Source: Callorhinchus milii (lineage: Eukaryota). Taken from it: a DNA stretch of 64,000 nucleotides. Below, piece by piece: positions 26,249 to 39,584 of this stretch. The DNA lies in the NCBI RefSeq assembly GCF_018977255.1, contig NW_024704743.1, positions 9,674,001 to 9,738,000 of the forward strand, given 5' to 3'. Below the pieces are notes generated by a model that searched no databases, was not told where the DNA came from, and saw nothing but the letters and a program-made list of their open reading frames with translations. Every line of letters starts with the position of its first letter. Positions within the stretch are counted from its first letter, which is position 1. A program made the translations under genes and the position numbers.

Positions 26249-26731
26249 TTATTGTGAAGTGGCATAACGATATTTGTAGGTGAAACACAGTAGCTTGATT
26301 CCACACAGCAATGCCTCAACAAACAGCCATGAAATTAAATACTCCGGGACACTACCCCACGTGAAGGGTGCTACATAAATGCAAGTTGTTATTGTCCCAG
26401 CACCTTGGGACCTCCTCCCAACGTGAAACGTGCTGTACAAATGTAATTTTGATTTGTTATTGTTGAAATAAGTGACAAAGTTTATTTGGGGGATTGTTAG
26501 CCAGGACACCGGGAGAAGCTCCCTTTTCTTTTTGAGTAGTGGCATGAGATCTTTAACATCCAACTGAACAGGCAGATGAGACCTACGTTTCGTCTCATAC
26601 GAAGGATGGCAACTTTGACAGCACTGCATTGGAATATCAGCTTAGATTTTATGAGTTTCTTGATGTTGGGGCTTAAACCCACAACCTTCTGATTCAAGGT
26701 GAGAGTGCTACCAACTGAGCTAGGCTGACAC
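26249..26731 (-). mobile_element. Deu-domain SINE (SacSINE1/AmnSINE1-like)
   Basis: tRNA-like head TAGCTCAGTTGGTAGCACTCTCACC, then a Deu-domain-like core (GATGAGACG...GATGTTAAAGATCTCATG...CCCGGTGTCCTGGC) matching the consensus as recalled. Other copies at ~2112-2400, 22040-22330, 35365-35712, 43630-43960 and 45735-45940. Confidence 0.8.
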
Positions 26732-29097
26732 ACATCCTTTGCATAATTGAAGAAGAAATTAGAATTGAAGATGGGATTGTTTTCGTTGGAGCAGAGAAGA
26801 TTGAGAGGCTGTACAAAATTATAATGCGTTTTGACAAGTTGATTAGGGAGAAATTATTTCCACTGGCAGGGGAGTCTGTGATTGGAGGCCATCGATTTAA
26901 GATAATAATAATCTTTGCATTTGCTAACAGCGCCTTATCACATCTTCGAGCTTTCTCAAAACGCTTCACGGGATATACTGTAAAGTGAATTGACTATATT
27001 TTGTGGACAAAGCGCAGCAGTCAATTGCTCACAGCAGTATCCCACAAACAGTTGTGGGTGGATTGAGTGACCAAATTATTATTATTATTTTATAAAGCTG
27101 TATTGAAGAGCAGAGACATCTCTTGCTTTGATTCTTGAGAGCGTACTGGAAGGGGAGACGGAGGTGGCTATTTTGCTGACCACTCCATTCTGTAGCTATG
27201 ACCCCTACACACAGTAAGAGAGTGTCTGACGTTAGGCACTGTAGGATCAGGCCCACAGTTCCCCATCTGTCCGTTTTGTAATAAAAAGTACGAAAGAAAA
27301 AAAAAATTAATCGTGTGTTAACGAAACCTGAAGCTGATGTTTAGATTGAAGCTCTTCACAGAATATACTGTAAAGTGATATGACTGCATTTAACAAGTGT
27401 GAAAGGAGAGTTCAGAAGATTTTTTTCCCCCCACACAGAGTTGCTCCTTCTAACACCTTACTTGAAATGCCCTTCCAACTTCAGGCACTTTAGGATCAGG
27501 CCCACAGTTCCCCATCTGTCCGTTTTGTAAAAAAAATGTACAAAAGGAAAAAAAATAATCGTGTGGAATGCCCTTCCAAGTAAGGTGGGAGAGGCTCTTT
27601 CTGGGTTTCAAGAGGGAACTATACGGGTATACAAAGTTGGAGGCTTGAAGTGGTACAGGGAATTGCATCCCCAGGCTGCTCTTGATTGTTCTGTTTGTTG
27701 ATTATTTTCTGTTTTTTAAACAGACTAAAAAATTTCCACTGTGGTTTGGTCTTTCAGAGTCTTCACTTAGGCTATGTAAAATTGAAATGTTTGACCTTTG
27801 ATTCTCCTTTCACCCTTCTTGTTAAATGCAGTCAAATCACTTTACAGTAGATTCTGTGAAGAGCTTCAATCTAAACGTCAGCTTCAGGTTGCGTTTTTTT
27901 TGGTTGATTACAAGACTATAGAAAGTAGGAACTAATTTAAATTATTAATTTGCAGTCCCCTATGAACCCATGCCATGTAATTGGTAATTTGTGTCTATTC
28001 TTAAACTCTCATCTTGTGATATCCTCTTGACATGAAAAGCGCTATATAAATGTAAATTTGTTGTTGTAGCCAACTTGTAGGAGACACATCAGAGAAGACG
28101 TGTCTAATGTGTATGTTCTCTCAAACTTCCATTGAGAAAAGTGACTAGCATCAGTTCAGCAATACCACCAGGTGGCAGGTTGAGATTGGAAACCTGTCTT
28201 TCAGTAATCTGTGGATGAATCACAGGTAACCACATGCAAAGCTTTCTAACATTGGCCTTAAACCTAGACTCATCAGAGTTGTTGCTTCTATTCTATCTTT
28301 CACTTCTTCACTCGTTACTTGATTTCTTTTAAAAAAATCTTTTTTAGTTATTGTCCTTTTAAAATCTCAATTTAGCCTTAGCTATCTTAAGGACCACCAT
28401 TTGAATAGATTGCTACATGGATTTTGGAAACATACTTCTAATGAATTCCAAACTGCAGCTCACAATTGCACAGTTGTTTACAATAAACATATTTTTCATA
28501 AATTCCCGTGAGCGAGATCAAATATGATTTCTACTTAAAACCATTCATATTCCTGCCTAATTTGTTTCTTGGCTTTTTTGCATCTATCCTTAACACCATG
28601 CTACCTACATCCAAGTGCAATTCATTTATGTACATGGGAAACACGATCGATCTGTGAAAGATAGATCTTAAGACTACTTTAAAGTGTGCGTGGTGAGAGG
28701 AGGGGTAGATGAGGAAGAAGAACTCCAGAATGGAATTGCGGGGAAGAGGGCAGAATGGCTGAAAACTTGCCCACCATGTGGGCTCGATCAGGCAGAGAAC
28801 ATGAAACAGGCCACTGGACAAGCGACAAAAAAAACTTGTCAGACAGTGCTTGCAATGGTAAGCTAGGTAGTTTTAGTTGGTTAAATTCCAACAATTTCCC
28901 AATGCACACTGGGATCCATGATGCTTTGGCTCTTGCCAACCTGTGTCTAATACTTTGGGATTGAGTAAACCGGGTGCATACCTTTAGAGAGAGAATGCAC
29001 ACACTATTCCAGACAAAGGAAATGTTCATTTGTACATGATATGGGTATGTGGCATATGTGGAACCCTGGTTTGGATACTCTTAAGAGCATGACGACA

Positions 29098-29806
29098 TCA
29101 ACAAAATTACATTTGTATAGCGCCTTTCACGTTGGAAGACATCTCAAGGCTCTGGACTGTCAGTGTTTCGGACCCGAGCTGGGGGTCGGGATTGTGGAGG
29201 TCGGGGGTGAAGCAGGGTAATCGAAAGCACAGTCGAAGAGGAGGGTCTTAAAGGAGGGAAGGGGTGAGGTGGAGGGATAGCGGGATAGAGCTCCAGAGGG
29301 TGGGGGCAGAGTGGCAGAAGGACCACCCACCAATGATGGGGGCGGGACAAAGTGGGGGATGTGAAGCAGGCCATAGCTCACAGAGGGAGCGAACAGGATG
29401 GTAGGGGGTTAGGAGGTCGCAGAGGTAGAGGGGAGCAAGACTATGGAGGGCTTTGAAGGTGAGGACCAGGATCTTGAACTATGATCCTGTGTGATAGGAA
29501 GCCAGTGGAGTCGGGTGAGTATGGGGGTGATGGGGTCATGGAGCCCGGTGCGGTAGAGGACACGGGCTGCAGAGTTCTGGATGATCTGCAGCCTATGGAG
29601 GGAGGAGTTGGGGAGGCCGATAAGCAAGGAGTTTGCATAGACAAGCCTGGATGTTATGAATGCGTGTAAGAGGGTTTCGCCGGCCTGCGTTGTGAGACAG
29701 TGGTGGAGCCAGGCGATGTGGCGGAGGTCTGGGAAGGCAGAGAGGGTCATGCCACAGATGTGGGGTAGAAAGGATAGTTGAGGGTCAAACAAGATGTCAA
29801 GGTTGA
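29098..29806 (-). mobile_element. L2 LINE 3' fragment
   Basis: [11 protein letters not shown]...HAFITSRL...QNSAAR...LHWLP on the minus strand plus L2 tail. Confidence 0.88.
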
Positions 29807-30026
29807 CCCATCATCAAACCCAAGGTTGACGATGGGTTTCTGAGTGTCAGACACCCAGCTGACCAAAAATAACTTCTGTGAATATGCACATAAAAATATC
29901 TTTAGACAGATCTTGTAAATAGGCATTGTTAAGATCTTTTATTGTCAAAAAAAATTGTAGTAAACTATTAAATATAACCTATTTTCTTCAGCAAATTTGA
30001 TTGATTGTACTTCATTGTTGTTTCAG

Positions 30027-30169
30027 AAAAATCCTAAATGAATTATCTTCGGATGCACCTGGTGTTCCAAAGATTGATGAAGAAAAATCTGAAGAAGAGG
30101 GAGCAACCGCTGCTATCACAACAATGGCAGTACCGACATCTATCTACCAGACAAGTACTGGTCAATACA
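30027..30169 (+). CDS. CREM: CREM exon F, second half of KID: KILNELSSDAPGVPKIDEEKSEEEGATAAITTMAVPTSIYQTSTGQY
   Basis: Acceptor tttcag|, donor A|gtatgt, 143 nt, phase 2/1. Continues the RRPSYR-KILNELSS motif. Confidence 0.96.
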
Positions 30170-31047
30170 GTATGTATCACAAGATTTTTTTCTTTCCTTC
30201 AAATTTATCTATTGATAATCTATTGCTTGCTTCATTTCCCCCTTCTGCACAAATGGTCATTCAATCAAATTCCCTAACAGAAGCATAGAATTTTACAGCA
30301 CAGAAGGAGGCCATTTGCCTCATCGTGTCTGTGCCGGCTCTTTGAAAAGAGCTATTCAATTCCACTCCCCACTCTCTTCCCATAGTCCTTGTCACATGAT
30401 ACACAGCCTTAGTTTCAGCTGTTCATTAACAGAAAGACATTGTTGTTTTAATATTATTTGCATTTAAAACTGAGGTACTGGCAAGTGGTGTCCTGCAGGG
30501 ATTTTTTTTACTGCAAAGGTAATGAAGAAACCACTTTGGTACACATAGTTTTATATAGAATTTATTGCACGGAAATAGGCCATTCGACCCAACTAATCCA
30601 TACTGGCATCTATACGCCACATGAGTTTCCACCCTCTCCATACTTCCTCCCATGCCTTTCTGTTTACTTCCTCGTGTACATCTAGCTTCCCCTTCAATAC
30701 ATCTATACTATCTGATGCAACCGACACTTAAGGCATTGAGTTCTACATTCTCACTGCCTGAAGTATGAAGCATGAAATAATGCCTCTTAATTCTCTTTTA
30801 GATTCCCCCTAATTGCTATCTTATACTTGCATCACATGGTAAGGAAAAATGTAAGGAATGTAAGCTCCCACAAAAAGTCTGTAACCATGCCTATTTATGC
30901 TAACAGATAGGTCAGTTCCTTACATTTTGTAAGGGGACTGTTTACATTTTGTTACTATAAATCGATCATTTAGGCAAGTTTAAAAACATTTAAAAATTCT
31001 GTACCTTGTCTGGAATTTGTGAAAATTATTCTTTTTTCACTCTTTAG

Positions 31048-31236
31048 TTGCAATTGCCCAAGGCGGAACGATCCAGATTGCAAATCCAGGGGCTGACGGT
31101 GTCCAGGGACTACAGACTCTTACAATGACAAATGCTGGAACGCCACAGCCGGGGGCCACCATTGTGCAATATGCTGCACAATCGAGTGACGGCACACAAC
31201 AGTTCTTTGTTCCAGGCAGCCAAGTTGTTGTGCAAG
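31048..31236 (+). CDS. CREM: CREM exon G, Q2 activation domain: (I)AIAQGGTIQIANPGADGVQGLQTLTMTNAGTPQPGATIVQYAAQSSDGTQQFFVPGSQVVVQ
   Basis: Acceptor ctctttag|, donor G|gtatga, 189 nt, symmetric phase 1/1 so it can be skipped in frame. Missed by the ORF track. Confidence 0.96.
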
Positions 31237-32799
31237 GTATGAAAAAAACAATATTGAAGGCAGGGGATTTAAAATCAAGTATTTAAGAAATAAAAGTTTT
31301 TGTTGAAATTTTCCATCAAGAGAGGATACGCACGCGAATGAAACACAAATTGTTTTATGGCTAACAAAAAATAGTTCTAAATGAAATGCTATTTAAATAT
31401 GATCAGATTTTCTGTAGAAATTATCTAGAGCCATCATTAATTTAATTGTGAAGTCAGCCCAGGATCTACAGTACTGAAGCATTTAATGATAATCCTTGCA
31501 TTTCATATTCCTCCTTACCACATCATTGAGGCGTTTCAAAGCAAACGCGGCAGGCACAGCAGTGTCCCGCAAACAGTCGTAGATTGAGTCCCACAAACAT
31601 TTGTATTCTTAAGTGGGAGACTTGAACTTATCTTTGCAATCCAGTTTCTCCTAGTAATGATTTTATACTATATGTTTTCAGTTTCACTATTAGTAACTTG
31701 AGTTAGTATTGGTCTGTATTTGCTCATACATTGAAAGTTAAGAATTGTATTTGTATATCTTAAACATAGCTCTATGTTAATATCAAAGGAAATATCTTTC
31801 CCCTTCAAAGAAACTGCTAAATATTGGAACATGGATTTGCATGTTCAGTCCCCTTAGTACCTCATCAGGTGGTCATTCTTCATGTGTAATCTTAGACAGC
31901 AGAGCACACGCAAGGGTCAGATGATGAAGGCCCTTTCGGGCATTTAGTCTTATCTTTCCAGAGTATCCATGTTACCATCTTCTCATGACTAGCCCCCAAG
32001 CTGTTTTTTGAATGATTCCAGTGCCCTGGCCTCAACTATTTTTCCTGATGACGTTTCGCAGTCGTCAATTCCCTCTGGGTAAAGAAATACTTCTTGGTGT
32101 CTGTACTATAATGGTCCAACCCTAAACCTGTAAAATCTTGTTCTGCTTTGTAGTTGAAAGTATTGTGCTGAATTTACTTTCTCAATCCAGTTTAAAATCA
32201 TATAAACCTCTATGAAGTCCCCTCTGAGAAATCTCTATTCAAGACTGAAGAGCTCTAGCTTGTTCGATCGTTGTTCATGGCTTATTCCTCTAAAACTGTG
32301 GATCCCCCTCATTTCTCTCCTTTGCAGTGCCTCTAGTGTCTGTGCAGCCCCCTTATGTTGGATGTTGGCAGGTTGTCCAATCATAGGGATATTGCGTCAT
32401 AGCCATTTCTGAATTAAGTAGAGTATTTCTGATTTTACTTTAGCCAAAAGCAGAGCATTCAAACATTGTGCTTCAGTACAGTGCAAATTTGTTTAATGTA
32501 GTTTCCCTGTGGACACCACTGACATACAATCCCCATCCATATGCACACAACTGGCTCACTCGCTTCCTGGGTGCCAGACAGTCATCACATTAAGAGACAA
32601 AATAGTTGACTTCTGGGTCATAAGGTTTTCTTCAACCTCAGTTTCTGCTCTGCATGTGCAGAAAAGAAGAAATAAACTTAGTTGTGACCTGATCAACTGG
32701 AATTTGGCCATTTTGTCTTTTAGCATGGGAGCCAGCCAGTGCACAGGAAGCGACTCAACTGGCAGAGTATATGTGCAGTAAAACCTTGCTATCACATAA

Positions 32800-34752
32800 A
32801 GTGATCCACCTCCTCAGACCTCCACCTCCTCAGACTTCTCCTCTCTTAACCTCTCCCTTGACATCCACTCTGCTACCCATGTCCACGGTCACCCGCTCAA
32901 CCTGGTGATCACCCGGGGCCTCAGCGTCTCAGATGTCACCATCGCTGACAAGGCCCACTCTGACCACCATTTCATCTCCCTCAACTCCCATATCCCTCTC
33001 CCCACTGCCTCCAAACCTACCATCATCTTCTACCGCCCGTGGAAGAAGATCTCCCCGCAATCCCTCGCGCTGCCCTGGAGTTCTCTGAACTCCTTCCCCT
33101 CTGGCCCACCTCTCGTATCAACCCACTCACTGCACTCACTCTTCTCCACCACACTCGATGCCCTTGTCCCCCTCACCTCCCGAACTGCCTCCTATTCCCG
33201 ATCCTCACCCTGGTTCACCAGCCACCGCCGCTCCCTTAAGGGCCAGGTGCAGTCTGCCAAACGCACTTGGCTTAAATCTGTCCTAATGGTCCACCGCCAC
33301 ATCTGGCTGGACCTCATCAAGACCTACAGCTCCGCGCTTGCCTCAGCCAAATCATCCTTCTATTCCAGGTTAATCCTCTAATCTCTAAAGTAGGCTTTTC
33401 TTATTTTGTTGTAGCGTTCCTATCTCAAGACAATGCTATGGTTTTATAGAAACACCCAGGCCCGCTCTTTTTTGCAATTATATTTTTGCTATCTTATAGT
33501 AAACAATGAAAATATGCAACTCAAAAAAAACTAAATTAATTGCAGTTCTGGAGTTTGTGACTGAAACTGGTAATTTTCCCAACATAAAATTTCTTTGTAT
33601 GAGTCATTAAATGTTTGGCCCTAACTTAAACGAGTTATGTGAGGTTTACTGTATTACTTGGCCAAATTATTCTTCAATTCCAAGTTAATCCTGGAGGCGA
33701 AGGGCAACCCTAGGCTCCTGTTCTCCACCATCAACCAGCTCCTCCGCCCTCCCCGACATGCCTCGCAGATTCTTTCCTCTGACTTTCACTGTGAGAAAAT
33801 GCTGAACTTCCGAGTCCAAAATTGAGGGAATCCGCTCAGCTGCCACTGCCCTCCCAACTTCCACCCCCTCCCTACCCCTACACCACACAATTACCCATCC
33901 GACAATTACCCATCCCTCCTTCCACACCTTTGAACCTGTCACCCCCTCTTCTGTCTTCACCACCGTAACCTCCATGAAGCTCACCACCTGCTCCCTCGAC
34001 CCCATCCCCACCCCCGTCCTTAAATCCCAGCTCCACTTCCTTGCCCCACTACTCGCCGACATCATTAACCTCTGTCATCTGGCACTGTTCCTTCCCCCCT
34101 CAAAACAGCCACTATCACCCCCACCTTGAAGAAACCTTCCCTTGACCCATCACAGCTACCGGCCCATCTCAAATCTCCCCTTCCTATCCAAGGTCCTTGA
34201 GAGAGCCGTTGCCTCCCAGCTTCGCTCTTTCCTCTCCTCTCACTCCCTCCATGAACCCCTCCAATCGGGTTTCTGTGCTGCCCACAGCACGGAAACTGCT
34301 CTAGTCAAGTTTACAAATGACATCCTGACCATGTATGACCAGGGCTCCCTCTGCCTCCTCGTCCTCTCCGCTGCTTTTGACACTGTGGACCACTCAATCC
34401 TCCTCTACCGCCTCTCCTCCCGCACTCACGCATTTGTCACACCAAGGCACGATACAGGAACTCCCCCATCATTGGTCTTCCCAACTCTTCCCTTCACAAG
34501 CTGTAGATCATCCAAAATTCTGCAGCTCATGTACTCTCACGCACCATTCATGGGTCCCTTCGCCTCGCTTCCTCCCTTGCCTCCTTCAAGACCCTTTTCT
34601 TCAACTGTGGCTTTGGTCTACATCCCACCTCTCTGCCTTCCCTCACCCCTACACCACCCCTCCCCCATGCTCGGGCCCTGACACCTGATTATTCAGTGCT
34701 TTGGGACATCCTCCCGACGTGAAAGGCGCTCTATAAATGAAATTTTGTTGTT
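32800..34752 (+). mobile_element. L2 LINE relic in two collinear parts (32800-33377 and 33657-34752) with internal deletions
   Basis: SDHHFIS, YRPISNLPFLSKVLE, HSTETALVK, AAFDTVDH, and L2 tail at 34700-34752. Confidence 0.88.
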
Positions 34753-35754
34753 CGTGATGTGGGATTTTATGGATCCCAAACACTGTTATAATAAGACTGC
34801 ATTGTATTAATATTTGGTATGGTTCATATCAATTGAATGATGAAAAAGCATTACATTTGTTTCGCGCCTTTCACGTCGGGAGGACATCCCAAGACGCTGA
34901 AAGCAAAGTAATTGAAAATATTATGGTTTATGGAGGATTTAGTTTTAGTTTGGAATGATTAATATTTTGTCATGTTTGTTGTATAATTTAACATAATGGC
35001 ATCTATCACATGCTGATAATTAAAAATAGTAATTCTTTCAATATGGGTTTCTCATTTCTCTGTGGTTGAACAGCTTCAGATCTGTTTTAAAGCAAGTCTG
35101 AAACTTTGGGCTCTGTCAAAAGAATAGACTTCCTTTGGGACTCTTGTAGCTCCTCCCCAATAGCATGGATGCTCTACTATGGATGCTCATAGCTGCCTGC
35201 TAATTTTGTTTGCTTTGATTACAGAGGCACACGACTAGCCAGAGCACCATACAGCTTAGAATAATATCTGGGAATTTGAATGTCACTGTTTTGGAAATGT
35301 AGCTCAGCATCCTGTTTGCTTGTTCATTGTCAACTAACCCATCAGGATCACCACTTCCCCAGTGGCAGTACTGGGGTAGTGCTGTAATTTTGGAGGTGCC
35401 GTCCTTCGCATGAGATGTTAAACCAAGGTTTTGTCTGCTTGTTCAGGTAGAAGTGAAAGACCACATGGCACAGTTTGAAAAAGATGAGGGAGTTTCCCCA
35501 GGTGTCCTGGCCGATAATCCTCCAAATAAAATGAGTCATTCACTGTATTATGGTTTGTAGAATACTGGTGTGTGCAAATTGACTGTTGTGTTCAGTTACA
35601 AGTACACAGTCACTACACTTTACAATAAAATCCTGTGAAGCACTTTGAGACATCTTGATGAAGATCATAAAATCTATTAGATGTAGCTAAATCAATTGTA
35701 AGGATTATTATAATAGTGTTATAATGGGCTTCTACTGTAATTCAGATGAATAAA

Positions 35755-36280
35755 AAAACAACTTGCATTTATACAGCGCCCTTCACTTGGCGTAGTGTCC
35801 CCGAATGATTAAGTGGTGGAGCTTGACAGCAAGCCGGGGTGGGGGTGAAGGTGATCACTGGCATAAGAGGAAGGTCTTCAGGTGTGATCTGAATACAAGA
35901 GGAAAGGTGGAGGGATTGAGGAAGAAAATTCCATAGTTTTGGGGCAAAGCGACTGAAAACACGGCCACAAATAGTGGAGCGGAGGGGACACTGAACGTGC
36001 AGGAGGCAGAGCCAGCTGAGCAAAGGAGGCAGCTGAGCAGAGGAACTGCAACAATTGAGGCGGGAGGTGATGAATAAATGGATAAGGCTGCATTAGATGT
36101 GAGGTATGGTCGGAGATGGGCAATGTGACAGAGGTGGAGGATAGGGGTCCTGGTCAGGGACCAGGTGCTGTAGGGTAGAAAGGACAGCTGGGGATTGAAT
36201 CCGACACGTAGGCACACACAGGTTCAGTTAGTCTGAAGGATAGGCTCAGGAAGTTAAGGAGATTGGAGCTACAGGTGAGA
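35755..36280 (-). mobile_element. Older L2 3' fragment
   Basis: [21 protein letters not shown] and APKLWNFLPQSL on the minus strand; L2-type tail. Confidence 0.75.
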
Positions 36281-36545
36281 ATATCTGCTTGTATGAAATT
36301 TGGTACAATAAAATTAATAGGTCTCTGACATAGGATAGTTGACTGTGATAATAAAAAAGCAAGAGATGGAAAGTCTCTGCTGCTACATAGTCAGCCTCTC
36401 TGTCCACTGTTCCAAAAATGGAGTAAACAATTGTAGACTGGAGAGCTGTAAATTGTATGTGGACAAAGTTGTGTGCGAGTACTTAAAGTATAATCAACAT
36501 TTTTTTAATATAGATTTTCTTCATATACCTTGCATATGTTGGTGA

Positions 36546-38322
36546 TGTAAAGTTTGTTGATCCAAAATACAGTTTCAATTCACTAGTTACTTTATTTAAA
36601 CCTTACACTTTCTTCCACAATCTGCCCAGTCACTTTCCCCAAAATCCTTTATACTTGCTTGCATATATATATATCATAATATATTTATCTCTTTCCTTTT
36701 TCATCTTTTACCCAATATGATCTGGGGTTCTTTCTCCAAATTTTTTCCTTTTATCCAACCTTTTGATTTTAAGTTTTTCCTCCAAAACCATACAGCTTTA
36801 TTCTTTGTACCTGTTTATACCTGAATACCTGTTTATATTTTCCTACTATTCTGTTTTGCTTGGTTCACTTTACTCTTTCACTTTTTGCAATTCTTTAAGA
36901 TTTTTTATTATATCTTCCAGTCCTAAAAAAGTATCAGCTTTTATTTTTACAATGTAGAATTTTAATCAATATCACCTCCCTTTGTAGATCATTTCTATCT
37001 CTACTATGCCACTGTTTCAATTTTTGCTTTGTTATGCCATTAGTTTACCTTTTCCCTTCTCCATTTTTTTCCTTATTTGGTTCTCCCAATTTTATATATT
37101 CTTCCTATGCCATTACACTGGCCTGTATCTAATTTGCACTAATTTGTGTCTGATTTCCTTGCACCATAGATACCCTCCACTCATTTTTTTTTCTTTATCT
37201 CTTGTGTGTACTCTCTTTATGAGTTCCACTGCTTCAAATTTGCGCTCCTCTTGTTCACTTTTTCTGGATTCTATTTCTGAGCTCTCTCCTTTCACATTCC
37301 CTTGATTTATTTTGCCCAATTCTGTTTCTCCTCGGGATATTTGGCCTATTGTACTCTTCTTTCTGTTTGACTTTTCTCCTGCGCTATATCTCTACATGTT
37401 CTTCTTTCTCTTCCTGCATCGTGCCCATATTTTTTGCATTGATAGCATTCTTTTTCTTCTGCAGGACATCTTCTCGTAGGATGTTCTAATCCGCATTTGC
37501 CACATTTGTCCATTCTGGTTGGCCTCCCTCTTGGCCTGTTTGTTCTCTGCATGCTGTACTCTTCATCTGTATCATTCCAACTTTGTCAGTTGGCAAGTTC
37601 ATCTATTTCCATTTCTGTTTTCTCTGTCTCTCATATTTATTGTTGTCATCCTTTTCTTCATTGCCGATTCTAAAGTCAGATACCCTTTTTTTCCCAAAGC
37701 TTTACTCTTAATCTACTATCTTTTATACCAACTACAATCTGGTCCTGTATCATTTCCTCTCTTAATGTTCCATAATTGCCATTTTTACTTAGGGATCTCA
37801 GTATCGCAAAGTACTGATTGAATGATTCTGTGGTCCCTGCTTTCTCTTCCAAACTTAATTCGCTCAATTATCACATTTTTTGACCACAGCATCTTTCCAT
37901 CATAATAGTCATCATCTCATTCTCTGGCATGTCCATCTCCCTTTCTAGGTCATAAAATATTCCCTTGCTTCCTCACCTGCCACATTAAAAAAAAATCAGA
38001 CATTATATTTGCTGCTAATCCAAACATTTTAAAGTTTCTTTCAAACTATTATCAATTGTGCCTTAAATTTCCAACCAACTTCAATGGTCTTGGTATCTGC
38101 ACATATCTTGGAACAGCATTCAATTTTGTTTCTCCCAGCATTTTGCTTTTCAATCCATATTCAATCTCATAGTCCATTTCACTCCAGGTTCCATTTTCAC
38201 TTCTGTCACCATTTAATGTTTGTAAATCCAAAACACAGTTTAGATTCACTATTTCCTTTATTTAAAACATACTCTTCCACAATCTGCCCAGTCACTTTCC
38301 CAGAATACTTTTATACTTGCTT
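36546..38322 (-). mobile_element. Internally deleted Gypsy/Ty3-like LTR retrotransposon relic (LTR-PBS-gag-protease-PPT-LTR)
   Basis: Direct repeats at 36546-36660 and 38212-38322. PBS TGGTGACAGAAGTG (38211-38198) abuts the LTR. Gag remnants PRPLKLVGNLRHN, ESFNQYFAILRSL...EEMIQDQIVVGIKD and CGKCGLEH...CPA...CYQCKKYGH. Protease KLDTG (DTG at 37129-37121). Purine tract at 36701-36684. Confidence 0.85.
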
Positions 38323-38371
38323 CTTCTCATTGTCAATGTCCAATTGCCAGTTAAGTTATTAAAGCAATGTG

Positions 38372-38540
38372 GAACAGGTGGCTAAGTGGGTAAATGCATT
38401 GTACGATATAGCACTGAGCTACACAAATCAAGAAGATCTCCAACTCAATCCCTGTGTGATAAAAGATCTCATTTGGGGGCAAAAGTGCTGTAATAACCAA
38501 TCTCTTTGCTGAAGGAGGAGGAAAAATAAATTGGCCTTTA
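38372..38540 (+). mobile_element. Ancient tRNA-type SINE relic (LF-SINE-like)
   Basis: GGTGGCTAAGTGGGTAAATGCA...TAGCACTGAGC head resembles LF-SINE-like elements as recalled. Weaker similar stretches at ~48660-48815 and ~51840-51935. Confidence 0.35.
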
Positions 38541-39584
38541 TTCTTGTTTGTCACCATTAAATAATCAATGAAGGAAGTATGTTCATGTGCACACAGGTGG
38601 AGAGCTGAATTAAGTATGGACCAGGACCAATTCTGTGTCTATTGTGATGGCCCCCAAAGTAAAAATAGCCCGCCAGAACTCTGTGACGTACACAGGACAA
38701 ATGGCTATTCGGCTGAAATACTGGAGGGCTGTTGCTCCCTGTGAAATAGTCACAAAACCGTACATCCTCAAGAGAGGATAGTTGTTAAGGGCAAAGTTAG
38801 AAGAAAAAGAACAACAAAAATAAAAAAAGAAAATCAGGTAATCAAAATGTGTACACATTTTTAGTTTTGCAATTCATGTTTGTATGAATTCTGAATAGTT
38901 CATTTTATTTACTTAACTAGTCATTTTTTTGTTTGGCTGTTTGTCAAAATGTTGTTCACTTTCTGGGAATCACCTGGGAGATCGGCAAAGTCACAGAACT
39001 GTGATCAACCTAACCACAAAGATCAATTCTGTGACTTTTTTCTCATTTTCTGGCCTTTGTATGTGGGACCAAAAGTAATTTAGAAAACCAGGTTGCAGTG
39101 GCGTAGACCTGTTCCTCTTTTCTACAGAATTTTCTGTTTTGATATCAAATTTCTATGTATGTCTTCATTGTGCCTCTAAATATAATATATCATAGAATTG
39201 GCTGATTGCATACATCTCTGCAGAAAAGTGTTGAAGTCCTTGCATTTACATAATGACAGTTAACATTTATGCAAAATGTTAATGAATAGAACCCGTTAAA
39301 CGTATAGATATAGTCTTGCAGAGAGGCAACAGTTACTATGTAATTCTTTAAAAAAGATCACTGATCATAGTTCCAGTTCCTTATAAGTATTTGCTTATTC
39401 TGAAAAGCATTTTAATGTTTACCTTTTTAAAACAAGGTGGCTCACCAGACAATGCATTATTAATCTGAAAAAATAAACAATTTTACAACAAAAATGGTTA
39501 CATTCAAGATTTACAATAGCAAATTTTTTTTTGAATTTTACAAGAGGAAGGATCTATTGAGAAACATGTTATTGACTTTGGAAA

